From: a bacterium
GTDB lineage: Bacteria > Zhuqueibacterota > Zhuqueibacteria > Oceanimicrobiales > Oceanimicrobiaceae
Length of the DNA: 64,000 nucleotides
Assembly: GCA_046757025.1 (NCBI GenBank)
Contig: JBHHXN010000003.1
Span: forward strand, 35,248-99,247
Direction: 5' to 3'
This document shows, one piece after another, positions 19,718-29,270 of this stretch. Both the position numbers and the translations under genes were made by a program. The notes beneath the pieces are model-generated. The model was not told the DNA's origin, searched no databases, and worked only from the letters and a program-made list of their open reading frames with translations. Position 1 is the first letter of the stretch; the number at the start of each line of letters is the position of its first letter.

Positions 19718-19897
19718 AGGCAGCACAGGACATTCGGTCCTTCACACAGCCTTCGTCTCTCTGCCCCATTTGAATTGCAAATCCCTTTTCCTTTCACTCT
19801 GAGGAATGGCCGCATGCTGAACTAAGGCCGAAAATGGATTCCATCGAAGGTTGCGTTACCGGAACCTGAATACTGTCTGAACCGCTCCTTTTTACGT
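19718..19897 (-). ncRNA. ssrS: Probable 6S RNA
   Basis: About 180-nt rod with a central bubble. 5' AGG-AGC..CAG-ACA pairs with 3' TGT-CTG..GCT-CCT; ATTC/GGTTC pairs with GGACC/GAAT; ACGCAACCTTCG (19845-56) pairs with CGAAGGCTGTGT (19744-55). Own promoter directly upstream; no ORF. Confidence 0.7.
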
Positions 19898-19903
19898 AGC
19901 GTA

Positions 19904-19932
19904 AATTTAAGAAAATTATACTCCAGACGCAA
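19904..19932 (-). promoter_or_regulatory. sigma70-type promoter of the putative 6S RNA
   Basis: TTGCGT-17 nt-TAAATT on the minus strand. Confidence 0.6.
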
Positions 19933-19941
19933 GAATTTTCT

Positions 19942-20475
19942 TTACCAGCCAGAAACGGTTTTATTTAAGATTTCGTTGGTGATTTTGGTCACGGCTTCGT
20001 TGATGCCGTTTTCCCGGCTCTGTGCTCCTTCGTCGGGGTTAAACGTACCCCACTGCGTAATCTCCTCCTCCCACAGAACTTTGCGTTTCACGAGGTCTTC
20101 ATACCGCACCCGTACGGTGATGAACACCTGGATGTCCTGAACTTTTTCATCGCTGGTAAACGCGCCGGCTCGGTCTACCACCTGCACCACCGTCCCTTCG
20201 ATGAGGGAATCCGCGTTACGTCGGTCGGTGATGCGCAGCGTATTATCTCGCGTAAATTCGTTAATCACTTCCTGGGTGAGTTTTTCTTTGATGCCGAATT
20301 CCGCGGTCTGGTCTTGAAAAACGGGGATGGCCACGGTTTTAATGTGCGTGGCGCCCGAGCTAGAAAAAGAATACGGCCCGCAGGCCGGGCTCACCCACAA
20401 AAATAAACACAACGCTAAACAAATACCGGCTTGCAGTTGAAATAATTCAGATCGAATTTTAGTAAGGTAAATCAT
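19942..20475 (-). CDS. lptE: LptE-family LPS-assembly lipoprotein
   Basis: Start reassigned to the ATG at 20475 (track ORF runs upstream into the neighbouring gene). Signal peptide ending SPA-C-GPYSF, then IKTVAIPVFQDQT...LTQEVINEF...ADSLIEG. Confidence 0.8.
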   Translation of the reverse strand: MIYLTKIRSELFQLQAGICLALCLFLWVSPACGPYSFSSSGATHIKTVAIPVFQDQTAEFGIKEKLTQEVINEFTRDNTLRITDRRNADSLIEGTVVQVVDRAGAFTSDEKVQDIQVFITVRVRYEDLVKRKVLWEEEITQWGTFNPDEGAQSRENGINEAVTKITNEILNKTVSGW

Positions 20476-21610
20476 ACTCTTTGATTTTTCGATAAAGGGT
20501 TCTTTCACTAATTCCAAGCGACTTTGCCGCCTTGCGCTTACTGCCGTTAAATTTTTCGAGCGCACGGTTGACCATAAATCGTTCCAGCTCTTCCAGGGTT
20601 TTGTTTTCAAAGGAAAAGTCGTCAGGGTTTGCGGGCTCCCCGATAATTTCTCCTGCACGCGGCGACACTTCTGAATACACGGGCAGCGATTTCGGTCGAT
20701 TTTCCCGAAACACCAGCTGATAGAGATCATCCCGTAATTTTGAAATTTCCGCTTTCAAATCGAGCAAGGCGTGGTAGATAAATTCACGTTCGACCTGCTC
20801 AGAGGTTCGGTGCGTCGGTACCGGCAAATTGCGGTCGGGCTGGAGAGCGGGTTTCAAATATTTTGAAAGTGCGTACTCATCAACCTGGTTGCCTTTTTCC
20901 AGGACGATGATGCTTTCAACAAAATTCTTCAACTCTCGGACGTTGCCCGGCCAGTTGTGATGTTCCATTATTCGTAAAGCTGACTCGCCGAAGCCTTGAA
21001 ATTCGATATGATTTTGTTTGCAGAAATCGTTTGCGAAAGTCTCGATGAACAAGCGAATATCCTCGCGCCGTTCGCGCAAAGGCGCCACCACGATGCCCAC
21101 CGCATTCAGACGATAAAACAAGTCTTCACGAAATTCGCCGTTGCGCACGGCCTTCTCGAGATTTTTGTTGGTAGCCGCAATGACACGCACATCCACTTTC
21201 TGGACGGTGCTGGCGCCCACCCGCATGAACTCCTGTCCCTCCAGCACGCGCAGCAATTTGACCTGGGTGCTCAACGGCATTTCCCCGATTTCGTCTAAAA
21301 AAATCGTGCCGGTGTCAGCCAGCTCAAAATAACCCTTGCGTGCGCCAACAGCCCCGGTGAACGCGCCTTTTTCATGACCGAACAGCTCCGATTCCAGAAT
21401 GCCCTCCGGAATGGCGCCGCAATTTACGATCACCAGCGGTCGGTCTTTTCGCCGGCTCTGAGCATGGATGGCTTTGGCCACCAGCTCTTTGCCGGTGCCG
21501 CTTTCGCCCATGATCAGTACCGAAATATCCGTGGGCGCCACCTGTTTGATGTTTTCCAGTACCTGGCGCGTTGCAGATGAATAGCCGATTATGCCATAAT
21601 TTTCATTCAT
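20459..21610 (-). CDS. sigma54-dependent enhancer-binding protein (AAA+ and Fis HTH) without an N-terminal sensory domain
   Basis: GESGTGKE, ESELFGHEKGAFTGA, FLDEIG, FREDLFYRL, WPGNVREL, C-terminal KAAKSLGISERTLYRKI. Confidence 0.95.
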   Translation of the reverse strand: MNENYGIIGYSSATRQVLENIKQVAPTDISVLIMGESGTGKELVAKAIHAQSRRKDRPLVIVNCGAIPEGILESELFGHEKGAFTGAVGARKGYFELADTGTIFLDEIGEMPLSTQVKLLRVLEGQEFMRVGASTVQKVDVRVIAATNKNLEKAVRNGEFREDLFYRLNAVGIVVAPLRERREDIRLFIETFANDFCKQNHIEFQGFGESALRIMEHHNWPGNVRELKNFVESIIVLEKGNQVDEYALSKYLKPALQPDRNLPVPTHRTSEQVEREFIYHALLDLKAEISKLRDDLYQLVFRENRPKSLPVYSEVSPRAGEIIGEPANPDDFSFENKTLEELERFMVNRALEKFNGSKRKAAKSLGISERTLYRKIKEYDLPY

Positions 21611-21667
21611 TGTAAATTAACACCAGCATAAATGACTCTGTTGATTAAGTCCATTTTTCAATCAATC

Positions 21668-21695
21668 TTCATGCTGAGCGGAGTCGAAGTATGAA
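21668..21695. repeat. Short TCATGCTGAGCG..GAAG.ATGA palindromic repeat fragment
   Basis: TTCATGCTGAGCGGAGTCGAAGTATGAA; shares TCATGCTGAGCG with the 28713 element. Confidence 0.5.
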
Positions 21696-21761
21696 TAAAA
21701 AACAACAGGTTACAGCCATTCCAACAGGTCATTCGTATTATAAATCAGGTTTCCGTTTAAC

Positions 21762-22682
21762 TTAATTTTCATTTCTAAAAAATTCCACCGTCTTTTGCAA
21801 ACCGGCGTTGAGATCGACTTCCGCTTTCCAGCCCAGCAGGTCTTCTGCTTTTTTACACAAAATGCAGCTTCGCAGCTGCTCGCCGGCTTTTTCGGGACCG
21901 TGAAACTCTTCTTTGCCAGCGTCGGTGAATCGATTCAACAGATGAAACAGCTCGTTCACATCCGTTTCCACGCTGGTTCCAACGTTGAACACGTCGCTGC
22001 GATCATGAGCCAACGCCATCACGTTGATCCTAACCAGATCGCCCACGTACACATAATCCCGGGTTTGTTTGCCGCTGCCGTTGATGGTGGGCTGTTCGCC
22101 GTTGAGCAAAAGCTTGCTGAAAATCGCCACCACGCCGGCCTCGCCATGGGGACTTTGCCGCGGGCCGTACACATTGGAATAACGAAATATCACGTGCGGT
22201 AAATTAAAAACTTCCTTGTAATAAAACAAATATTTTTCACAGGTCAGTTTGGTGATGCCGTAAGGCGAAATCGGCCAGGTGGGATGTGTTTCATCCGCGG
22301 GGAAATATTCCTGTTCGCCGTAAACCGCACCGCCGGTGGATGAAAAGATAAATTTGCTGATTTTGTGTTTCACACTGCTCTGCAGTAAATTGATGGTGCC
22401 GAGGACGTTCACCTGGGCGTCAAATGCCGGATCCGCCACGGAACGCCGCACATCCATTTGAGCGGCGTGGTGATTCACCACATCGAATTGATTTTGCGCA
22501 AACAAATCATCTACCTTCTCATCCCGAATATCCATCTTGTAAAATTTGGCCTTCGGGTTGATATTCTCCTCTTTTCCGCTCGACAGGTTGTCGATCACCA
22601 CCACTTCGTGACCCTGATCAACATACGCATCGACGATGTGTGAAGCGATAAAACCCGCTCCGCCGGTCACTAAAATTTTCAT
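21762..22682 (-). CDS. NAD-dependent epimerase/dehydratase (UDP-glucose 4-epimerase-like)
   Basis: GGAGFIASH, HHAAQMDVRRSV, SSTGGAVYG, SPYGITK (YxxxK), RYSNVYGPRQ. Confidence 0.92.
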   Translation of the reverse strand: MKILVTGGAGFIASHIVDAYVDQGHEVVVIDNLSSGKEENINPKAKFYKMDIRDEKVDDLFAQNQFDVVNHHAAQMDVRRSVADPAFDAQVNVLGTINLLQSSVKHKISKFIFSSTGGAVYGEQEYFPADETHPTWPISPYGITKLTCEKYLFYYKEVFNLPHVIFRYSNVYGPRQSPHGEAGVVAIFSKLLLNGEQPTINGSGKQTRDYVYVGDLVRINVMALAHDRSDVFNVGTSVETDVNELFHLLNRFTDAGKEEFHGPEKAGEQLRSCILCKKAEDLLGWKAEVDLNAGLQKTVEFFRNEN

Positions 22683-22765
22683 CTGGACATCCCTTTCATT
22701 TTCAGGTGAATAATTTCTGCGTTCATGCAGATTCTCTTTAATTTAACCAGTTACCTTTTTTCATT

Positions 22766-22900
22766 GTTATTATTCAGGCGTGTCACTCCTGCGAATGCAG
22801 GAGTCTCCTGATTCAACCTTCAAGTGAGGAGCTTCTTCAAGCAGATTCCGGCATTCCGCTATCGCTTCAGCCGGAATGACAGCGAAGGCTGAACAGTTAC
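22766..22900. repeat. MITE-like composite: degenerate left TIR, GTCA..ATGAC palindromic core, right TIR
   Basis: GTTATTATTCAGGC (22766-79), TGTCACTCCTGCGAATGCAGGAGTC...GCCGGAATGACA (22781-881), GGCTGAACAGTTAC (22887-900). Confidence 0.6.
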
Positions 22901-22970
22901 TTTTATTTTGGGTTCGTAACTTATGCCCTTGAACCGACCTTTCATCCGCAATTTGATTTATTCCAACTTT

Positions 22971-24251
22971 TTATCGACGCAAATGCAAAAAAGCTTTCGC
23001 GCCGATATCTTTGCGGTAGTAGGCGCGATCAAAAGTGATTTTTCCCACCGCCCAGTAAGCTTTTTCTCGCACTGCCCGCAGGTCTTTGTCCACGGCGGTC
23101 ACCCCAAGTACTCGTCCGCCGTTGGTCAAAATCCGCCCATTTTCTTCGCGCGTGCCGGCGTGGAAGATGGCAATTTCTTTGCCAAAATTTTTCTCCAGAC
23201 CGAAAATTTGTTTGCCTTTCTGGTAACCGCCCGGATAGCCGCCGGAGGCGATGACCACACACATGGCCCATTTGTTTTTGTACAGTTTAATGGTTCGGGG
23301 AATTTTTTCGCCGTGGGCCACCTGCCACATGAACTCCACCAGATCCCCTTTTACCAGCGGCAGCACCGCCTGGGTTTCCGGATCGCCAAAACGGCAATTG
23401 AACTCCACGACTTTCGGGCCTTCCGCAGTGATCATCAAACCCGCATACAAGACCCCGCGGTAAGGCCGGTTCTCCAACGCCATGGCCTGAATGGTCGGTG
23501 CCATGATTTCTGTGTGCACCCGCTCAAACATCTCAGCATTGATGACGGGAGCCGGCGCATACGCCCCCATGCCGCCGGTGTTGGGTCCTTCGTCGTTGTC
23601 GAAAATGGCTTTGTGATCCTGCGCAGTGGGCAAATAGGCCAGGTTTTCTCCGTCGCTGATGGCCAGAATAGAAGCTTCTTCCCCCATCATAAATTCTTCC
23701 ACGATCACTTTGTTTCCAGCCTCCCCAAACACCTTATGGATCATGATTTTTTGCAGAGCGGCCTGTGCCTGATCTTCTTCCTGGCAAATAAAGGTGCCTT
23801 TGCCAGCCGCCAGGCCATCGGCTTTGACCACCGTGGGATAGTCCACCTCCTTTAAATAACTCTGGGCTTCTTCATAATCATCAAAAACGATACAATCTGC
23901 GGTGGGGATTTTATACTTGTCGAGCAGGTATTTGGTGAACACTTTGCTGCCTTCAATCTCAGCGGCCTTTTTAGTGGGACCGAAAATGGGCAAACCCTGG
24001 GATTCAAACGTGTCCACGATGCCGTTCACCAGCGGATCTTCGGGACCCACCACGGTCAAATCGACGGCTTTTTTGCGAACGAAATTTAATAATTTTGCAA
24101 TCTCGGCCGGCGAAATGGCCACGCACTCAGCCAGCGATTTCATGCCCACGTTGCCAGGCGCACAATAAATTCTTTCAACCCGTGGACTTTGAGCGATTTT
24201 CCACACCAGCGCATGCTCACGTCCGCCGCTGCCAACCACCAGAATTTTCAT
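22971..24251 (-). CDS. purD: Phosphoribosylamine--glycine ligase
   Basis: MKILVVGSGGREHAL, VVGPE, AAEIEGSK, KADGLAAGKG, QDHK, GPNTGGMGAY, EFNCRFGDPE, TNGGRVL. Confidence 0.98.
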   Translation of the reverse strand: MKILVVGSGGREHALVWKIAQSPRVERIYCAPGNVGMKSLAECVAISPAEIAKLLNFVRKKAVDLTVVGPEDPLVNGIVDTFESQGLPIFGPTKKAAEIEGSKVFTKYLLDKYKIPTADCIVFDDYEEAQSYLKEVDYPTVVKADGLAAGKGTFICQEEDQAQAALQKIMIHKVFGEAGNKVIVEEFMMGEEASILAISDGENLAYLPTAQDHKAIFDNDEGPNTGGMGAYAPAPVINAEMFERVHTEIMAPTIQAMALENRPYRGVLYAGLMITAEGPKVVEFNCRFGDPETQAVLPLVKGDLVEFMWQVAHGEKIPRTIKLYKNKWAMCVVIASGGYPGGYQKGKQIFGLEKNFGKEIAIFHAGTREENGRILTNGGRVLGVTAVDKDLRAVREKAYWAVGKITFDRAYYRKDIGAKAFLHLRR

Positions 24252-24327
24252 AAACTTTTTACCCCTGGGATAATCTCTAAAATGTTACAGATCTTTTTAT
24301 TCCTTTTGCAATTCAACTGTTAGCCAT

Positions 24328-24380
24328 TAGATTCAATGTTCTGGATTTCTCAGAGATCGCCTCTGACTTTTTATTGATAA
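24328..24380. repeat. 53-bp dispersed repeat, copy 2
   Basis: TAGATTCAATGTTCTGGATTTCTCAGAGATCGCCTCTGACTTTTTATTGATAA; 47/53 identical to 12845-12897. Confidence 0.75.
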
Positions 24381-24650
24381 TTGAACATATTGAGGCGTGT
24401 TTATAACTGATTTTAAAATGAGTCCCAGTTAAGATATTCATATATTTCAAATATTTTTGGTTAGCTTTTGGCTTGGGGTTCGTTATTAATCATCTTTTGC
24501 TCTTTGGTCGACTCAACTAAACTCACGTACGGTGTGCAACCAATTAAAATACGAACCAACAGCCAACAGCGAAAAGCCAAGAGCCGAATATTTTTTCGAA
24601 TCAAAATTTTCGACGGTCCTTTTTTTATACCCACACTAAACTTCTCTGCC

Positions 24651-26672
24651 TCATCCCATACTCCAGGCGAATTTCTTTTTACCCAGCAAGCTGTCGATCT
24701 CGTCTCGCAGCTCTGCGGCGCGCTCGAACTCCAATTTGCGAGCGGCATCCAGCATCTCTTTTTCCAGACTGTCCAGCAGCTCCTCTTTTTCCAGCGGAGA
24801 CATTTTTTTCCAGCGCTGTATGTCGGTGGCGGGCTTGGCTTCCTTGCCCCATTTACTGGCTTTCACGTCCGCCACCCGGGTGGAGCTCATCACCTGCTCA
24901 TACGATTTGTAAATGGACTTCGGGGTGATGCCCTGCTCCTGATTGTAATTGGCTTGAATTTCCCGACGGCGGTTGGTTTCGGCGATGGTGCGTTTCATAG
25001 AATCGGTGATGGAATCCGCATAAAAAATGACTTTGCCTGAAATATTGCGCGCGGCCCGTCCGGCAATCTGCATCAACGAGCGTTCGGAACGCAGGAATCC
25101 CTCTTTGTCTGCGTCCAGCACCGCCACCAGTGAGACCTCCGGCAAATCCAGCCCTTCCCGCAGTAGATTCACCCCCACCAGCACATCAAATTCCGCCAGC
25201 CGCAAAGCCCGTAAGATTTCCACCCGGTTCAAAGCGTCGATTTCAGAGTGCAGATAACGCACCCGAATGTCCATGCCCACCAGATAGTCTGTGAGATCTT
25301 CGGCCATGCGTTTGGTCAAAGTGGTCACCAGCACCCGCTCCTCCCGCACCACGCGCGCCCGGATCTCGGCGATCAAATCATCGATTTGATGTTTCACCGG
25401 TTTGACTTCGATTTCGGGGTCCATTAAACCGGTGGGACGAATGATCTGCTCTACCACCACGCCCTGGCATCTTTTCAACTCGAACTCTGCTGGTGTGGCA
25501 GAAACGTAGATCATTTGGTTCATCATGGATTCGAACTCGTCAAATGTCAGCGGCCGGTTATCCAGAGCCGACGGCAGGCGAAAACCGTTTTCTACCAGGG
25601 TTTCTTTGCGCGAGCGGTCGCCGTGATACATGCCGTTGATCTGCGGAATGGTGGCGTGCGATTCATCGATGATGGTCAGGAAACCCGACGGGAAATAATC
25701 TATGAGTGTATAAGGCCGCTGACCCGGCGCCCGACCCGAGAGATGACGCGAGTAATTTTCAATGCCGGAGCAGTAACCCAACTCCGCCAGCATCTCCAGA
25801 TCGTATTTCGTGCGCATTTCCAACCGCTGCGCTTCGAGCAGCTTGTTTTGCGACCGAAACCACTGCAGCCGTTCTTCTAACTCCGCTCGAATGGTTTTCA
25901 TAGCTTCCTGCACTTTGTGATACGGGGTGACGAAATGCTTGGCAGGGTAAATGGCCACCATATTTTGATTGGATATTATCTCGCCGGTCAAGGTATTGAT
26001 CACGCTGATCTGTTCGATTTCATCGCCAAAGAGCTCGATGCGCACGGCTTCTTCCTCATACGCCGGAAAAATTTCCACCACGTCGCCGCGCACTCGAAAG
26101 GTGCCGCGTACAAACTCATAATCGTTGCGCGTGTAATGGCTGTCCACCAGCTGCATTAGAATGCGGTCTCGTTCAATCCGTTGACCGCGCTCCAGAATGA
26201 GCAATTCGTGTTTGTAATCTTCGGGATCGCCCAATCCGTAAATGCAGGAGACAGACGCCACGATGATCACATCCGAGCGCGACAGCAGCGAGCTGGTGGC
26301 TTTCAGCCGCAAACGATCGATTTCATCGTTGATAGAGGTGTCTTTTTCGATATAGGTGTCGGTGGCCGGCACATAAGCTTCCGGCTGGTAATAATCATAA
26401 TAACTGATGAAATACTCCACGGCATTTTTGGGGAAATAACTTTTAAATTCCCCGTACAACTGCGCTGCCAGCGTTTTGTTGTGCGAAATGATCAACGTGG
26501 GTTTGCCTACGTTGGCGATGACATTGGCGACGGTGAACGTTTTGCCGCTGCCGGTCACCCCCAGCAACGTTTGATGCCGGTCGCCACGCAGCAGGCCGTT
26601 AGTGATCTCTGCGATGGCGCGGGGTTGGTCGCCCGTGGGTTTGTAGTCAGAGATTAATTGAAATGACGCCAT
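24651..26672 (-). CDS. uvrB: Excinuclease ABC subunit B
   Basis: [62 protein letters not shown]-terminal UVR domain ([11 protein letters not shown]). Confidence 0.99.
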   Translation of the reverse strand: MASFQLISDYKPTGDQPRAIAEITNGLLRGDRHQTLLGVTGSGKTFTVANVIANVGKPTLIISHNKTLAAQLYGEFKSYFPKNAVEYFISYYDYYQPEAYVPATDTYIEKDTSINDEIDRLRLKATSSLLSRSDVIIVASVSCIYGLGDPEDYKHELLILERGQRIERDRILMQLVDSHYTRNDYEFVRGTFRVRGDVVEIFPAYEEEAVRIELFGDEIEQISVINTLTGEIISNQNMVAIYPAKHFVTPYHKVQEAMKTIRAELEERLQWFRSQNKLLEAQRLEMRTKYDLEMLAELGYCSGIENYSRHLSGRAPGQRPYTLIDYFPSGFLTIIDESHATIPQINGMYHGDRSRKETLVENGFRLPSALDNRPLTFDEFESMMNQMIYVSATPAEFELKRCQGVVVEQIIRPTGLMDPEIEVKPVKHQIDDLIAEIRARVVREERVLVTTLTKRMAEDLTDYLVGMDIRVRYLHSEIDALNRVEILRALRLAEFDVLVGVNLLREGLDLPEVSLVAVLDADKEGFLRSERSLMQIAGRAARNISGKVIFYADSITDSMKRTIAETNRRREIQANYNQEQGITPKSIYKSYEQVMSSTRVADVKASKWGKEAKPATDIQRWKKMSPLEKEELLDSLEKEMLDAARKLEFERAAELRDEIDSLLGKKKFAWSMG

Positions 26673-26743
26673 GTCTTTTTATTTAAATCAGGATGTAGCG
26701 GTTTTTTAAATCATTTTAAATTAGGCTATTATCGAACGGTTAA

Positions 26744-26772
26744 AATATACACAGGTCGCGCCAAAATGTCAA
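26744..26772 (-). promoter_or_regulatory. sigma70 promoter for uvrB
   Basis: TTGACA-17 nt-TATATT on the minus strand. Confidence 0.7.
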
Positions 26773-26792
26773 GGCGAATTACTAAAAAGACC

Positions 26793-26821
26793 TTGCATAT
26801 TAAGCAAATTCGCGTTATATT
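26793..26821 (+). promoter_or_regulatory. Divergent sigma70 promoter for the PPIase gene
   Basis: TTGCAT-17 nt-TATATT, followed by a GAAGGAG RBS. Confidence 0.65.
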
Positions 26822-26864
26822 TTGTGCGTTTTGTTTCATAATTATTTGAAGGAGATTTTACAAC

Positions 26865-28673
26865 ATGGCTTTGATGAATAATATGCGTGAATACACCAAA
26901 ACGGTTTTGATTATCCTGGTGCTGGCGTTTGTCGGGACGATTATCTTCGACTGGGGTATGGACATCTCAGGATTAAAAACCAAACAAGGCGTCATCGGTA
27001 AAGTAAACGGCGTGGAAATTTCAGCACGTCAATACGATGAGGCCTTCGCACGGGAGCTGGAAAATTACCGCAATCGCACCGGCTCGGATCCGCCGGAAGA
27101 ATTGCTCGACAACCTGAGAGAACAGGTGTGGGAATCGCTGGTGCGAGACATTTTGATTCAGGAAGCCATCGCCAAAAACGATATCGGCGCCAGCGACCAG
27201 GAAATTCTCTTCAAAATTTACAACGACCCGCCCGATTTCTTAAAGAATCAGGAAAGTTTTCAGAACGAGCAAAAACAGTTTGACATGGCCCTCTATCAGT
27301 CGGCCCTCAACAACCCCAGTTACGCCACTCAATGGAAACCCATTGAAGATTATCTGCGGCTGACTTTGCCATACGAAAAGTTTCAACACCGATTGCGCGC
27401 CAGTGTCCGAGTTACGGAAAACGAAGTAAAATATGATTACATCAAACAAAATCTGAAAGCCAAAGTGAAATACGTGCTGGTGGATATGAAGCGATTTGAA
27501 TCTCAGGAAATCGAAATCACCGATGACATGATCAAAGATTATTACAACAACCACAAGGATGATTATCAAGAAAATGAAAAGAGGAAAATCCAGTACGTTA
27601 CCTTTTCCACTAAAGCCACAGCCAAAGACAGCTCCGATCTGTGGAACCGGGCAAACGATTTGATTCAGCGCCTCCGCATGGGTTCCGATTTTGCCGACCT
27701 GGCAGAAATCTATTCGGAAGATCCCGGCAGTAAGGACAAAGGCGGCGATTTGGGCTTTTTTGGTAAGGGCATGATGGTGAAACCGTTTGAAGAAGCGGCT
27801 TTCGCGGCCAATATCGGAGAAATCGTGGGGCCGGTTCAGTCCAACTTTGGTTTGCACGTGATCAAAGTCGAAGACAAACGAATCGAAAAAGGCCAGGAAG
27901 AGGTGAAAGCCCGGCACATTTTATTGAAATTCGAAGCATCCCAGGAAACCCTGAACCGCGCCCGGGAAGACGCCAATTATTTTGCCGAGGAGATCAAAAA
28001 ACGGCCGTTTGAAGAAGTGGCAGCCGAGCTCGAAAAAGACGTGCAAACCAGTGAGTTCTTCGAACAAGGCAACGGGTACATTCCAGGACTAGGTTCCAAC
28101 AAACGAGCCAGCTATTTTATTTTTACAAAAGGAGTGGGAACCACGGGTAACGTAGATGAATATTACGACGGTTACTTCGTTTTTCGCATCGCCGATATTC
28201 AGAAAGAACGCATTCAACCTCTTGACGAAGTGCGTGATTCTATAAAAGACATCCTAGTCGCCGAAAATCAAAAATCTCTGGCACTGGAACTGGCGCAAAA
28301 TATTTATGAAAAAACCCAAAACGGACAGTCCCTTGAAGAGGCTGCAGTACAGGATAGTCTGGAAGTCAAAGAAACGCCGCCCTTTAACAAAAGCGGTTTT
28401 GTGCAGAGCATTGGACGTGAACCCAAATTTATCGGTGCCGCGTTTGCGCTGAAAGAAGTGGGCGAGATCTCCCAACCAGTGGAAGCCACCATCGGCTATT
28501 ACATTCTTCAACTCGTGGAAAAAGATCCATTTGACCCAAAACAGTTTGAAGCCAAGAAAGAGCTCTTAACACAGCAGCTGTTGCAACGGAAGCAGAATCA
28601 AGCTTTCGCCGACTGGTACAAAAATGCCAAAGCGAAAGCGGATATTCAAGACGACAGATTTAAATATTATTAG
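26865..28673 (+). CDS. ppiD: PpiD/SurA-family membrane-anchored parvulin peptidyl-prolyl isomerase
   Basis: N-terminal anchor (MALMNNMREYTKTVLIILVLAF), SurA-N region, rotamase motif FADLAEIYSEDPGSKDKGGDLGFF..GMMVKPFEEAAF, ARHILL. Confidence 0.88.
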   Translation: MALMNNMREYTKTVLIILVLAFVGTIIFDWGMDISGLKTKQGVIGKVNGVEISARQYDEAFARELENYRNRTGSDPPEELLDNLREQVWESLVRDILIQEAIAKNDIGASDQEILFKIYNDPPDFLKNQESFQNEQKQFDMALYQSALNNPSYATQWKPIEDYLRLTLPYEKFQHRLRASVRVTENEVKYDYIKQNLKAKVKYVLVDMKRFESQEIEITDDMIKDYYNNHKDDYQENEKRKIQYVTFSTKATAKDSSDLWNRANDLIQRLRMGSDFADLAEIYSEDPGSKDKGGDLGFFGKGMMVKPFEEAAFAANIGEIVGPVQSNFGLHVIKVEDKRIEKGQEEVKARHILLKFEASQETLNRAREDANYFAEEIKKRPFEEVAAELEKDVQTSEFFEQGNGYIPGLGSNKRASYFIFTKGVGTTGNVDEYYDGYFVFRIADIQKERIQPLDEVRDSIKDILVAENQKSLALELAQNIYEKTQNGQSLEEAAVQDSLEVKETPPFNKSGFVQSIGREPKFIGAAFALKEVGEISQPVEATIGYYILQLVEKDPFDPKQFEAKKELLTQQLLQRKQNQAFADWYKNAKAKADIQDDRFKYY

Positions 28674-28693
28674 GCGCCTACCTTGACAATATT

Positions 28694-28879
28694 GTAACTC
28701 TTCAGCCTAAACCGTCATGCTGAGCGCAAGCTTCCAAATGCTGAACATCGCACCGCGGAACTACCTGCGTGAAGCCTCTTGGGAACCGGTTAAGAGATTC
28801 TTCGCACATCCGCACCAGTGGAGATGAGCAAAGAATCCGGAGTTTGTGCTCAGGATGACAACCCCGGCTGAAAAGTTAC
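28694..28879. mobile_element. 186-bp MITE-like element with 14-bp terminal inverted repeats
   Basis: GTAACTCTTCAGCC (28694-707) and GGCTGAAAAGTTAC (28866-79) differ by 1 mismatch. They enclose CGTCATGCTGAGCG...GAGATTCTTCG...CTCAGGATGAC. No transposase. Confidence 0.65.
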
Positions 28880-28974
28880 ACAATTTTTTGTCGACATGCT
28901 GAAGCGTCAGAAATGGCAAGTCGAAATCGATTTGAGTATGTTAGATTGCGGAATTCGGAATGCATAGGAGTGTA

Positions 28975-29010
28975 TTTGCAGACCATTGACCTGTAAATTC
29001 CGAAATCTGC
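28975..29010. repeat. 36-bp dispersed hairpin repeat, copy 2
   Basis: TTTGCAGACCATTGACCTGTAAATTCCGAAATCTGC; 32/36 identical to 9544-9579. Confidence 0.6.
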
Positions 29011-29270
29011 CAGCCCCATTCCGCAATCGGAGTGTTGCGGGTCCCCTTTTCGCTCTACAGGGTCAGCCCCCTTTTTGCAGCCGCATCTGCGCAATGGCGT
29101 TGAATTTAAGTGGTGCAATCCTGAAAATCAAACCCCGATTTTCCTCAGGGCAAATCGGGGTTTTGGTAGTTTTAAAACCAGCCCAAACGGACGCTGTTAG
29201 AAAAAAAATTAGCGGAAGAAGGAGCTTGCTCGTTTTGATGGGGGGGGTATTCAGGGAAGTACCGCTTGCT

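Noticed and set aside
20476-20730. N-terminal 85 aa of the track ORF 19942..20730
   Set aside because: Overlaps the sigma54 activator in another frame; the lipoprotein signal starts at the ATG at 20475.
26673-26864. LexA/SOS box at uvrB
   Set aside because: No CTGT-N8-ACAG, GAAC-N4-GTTC or GTTC-N7-GTTC match found; the lineage's LexA motif is unknown to me.
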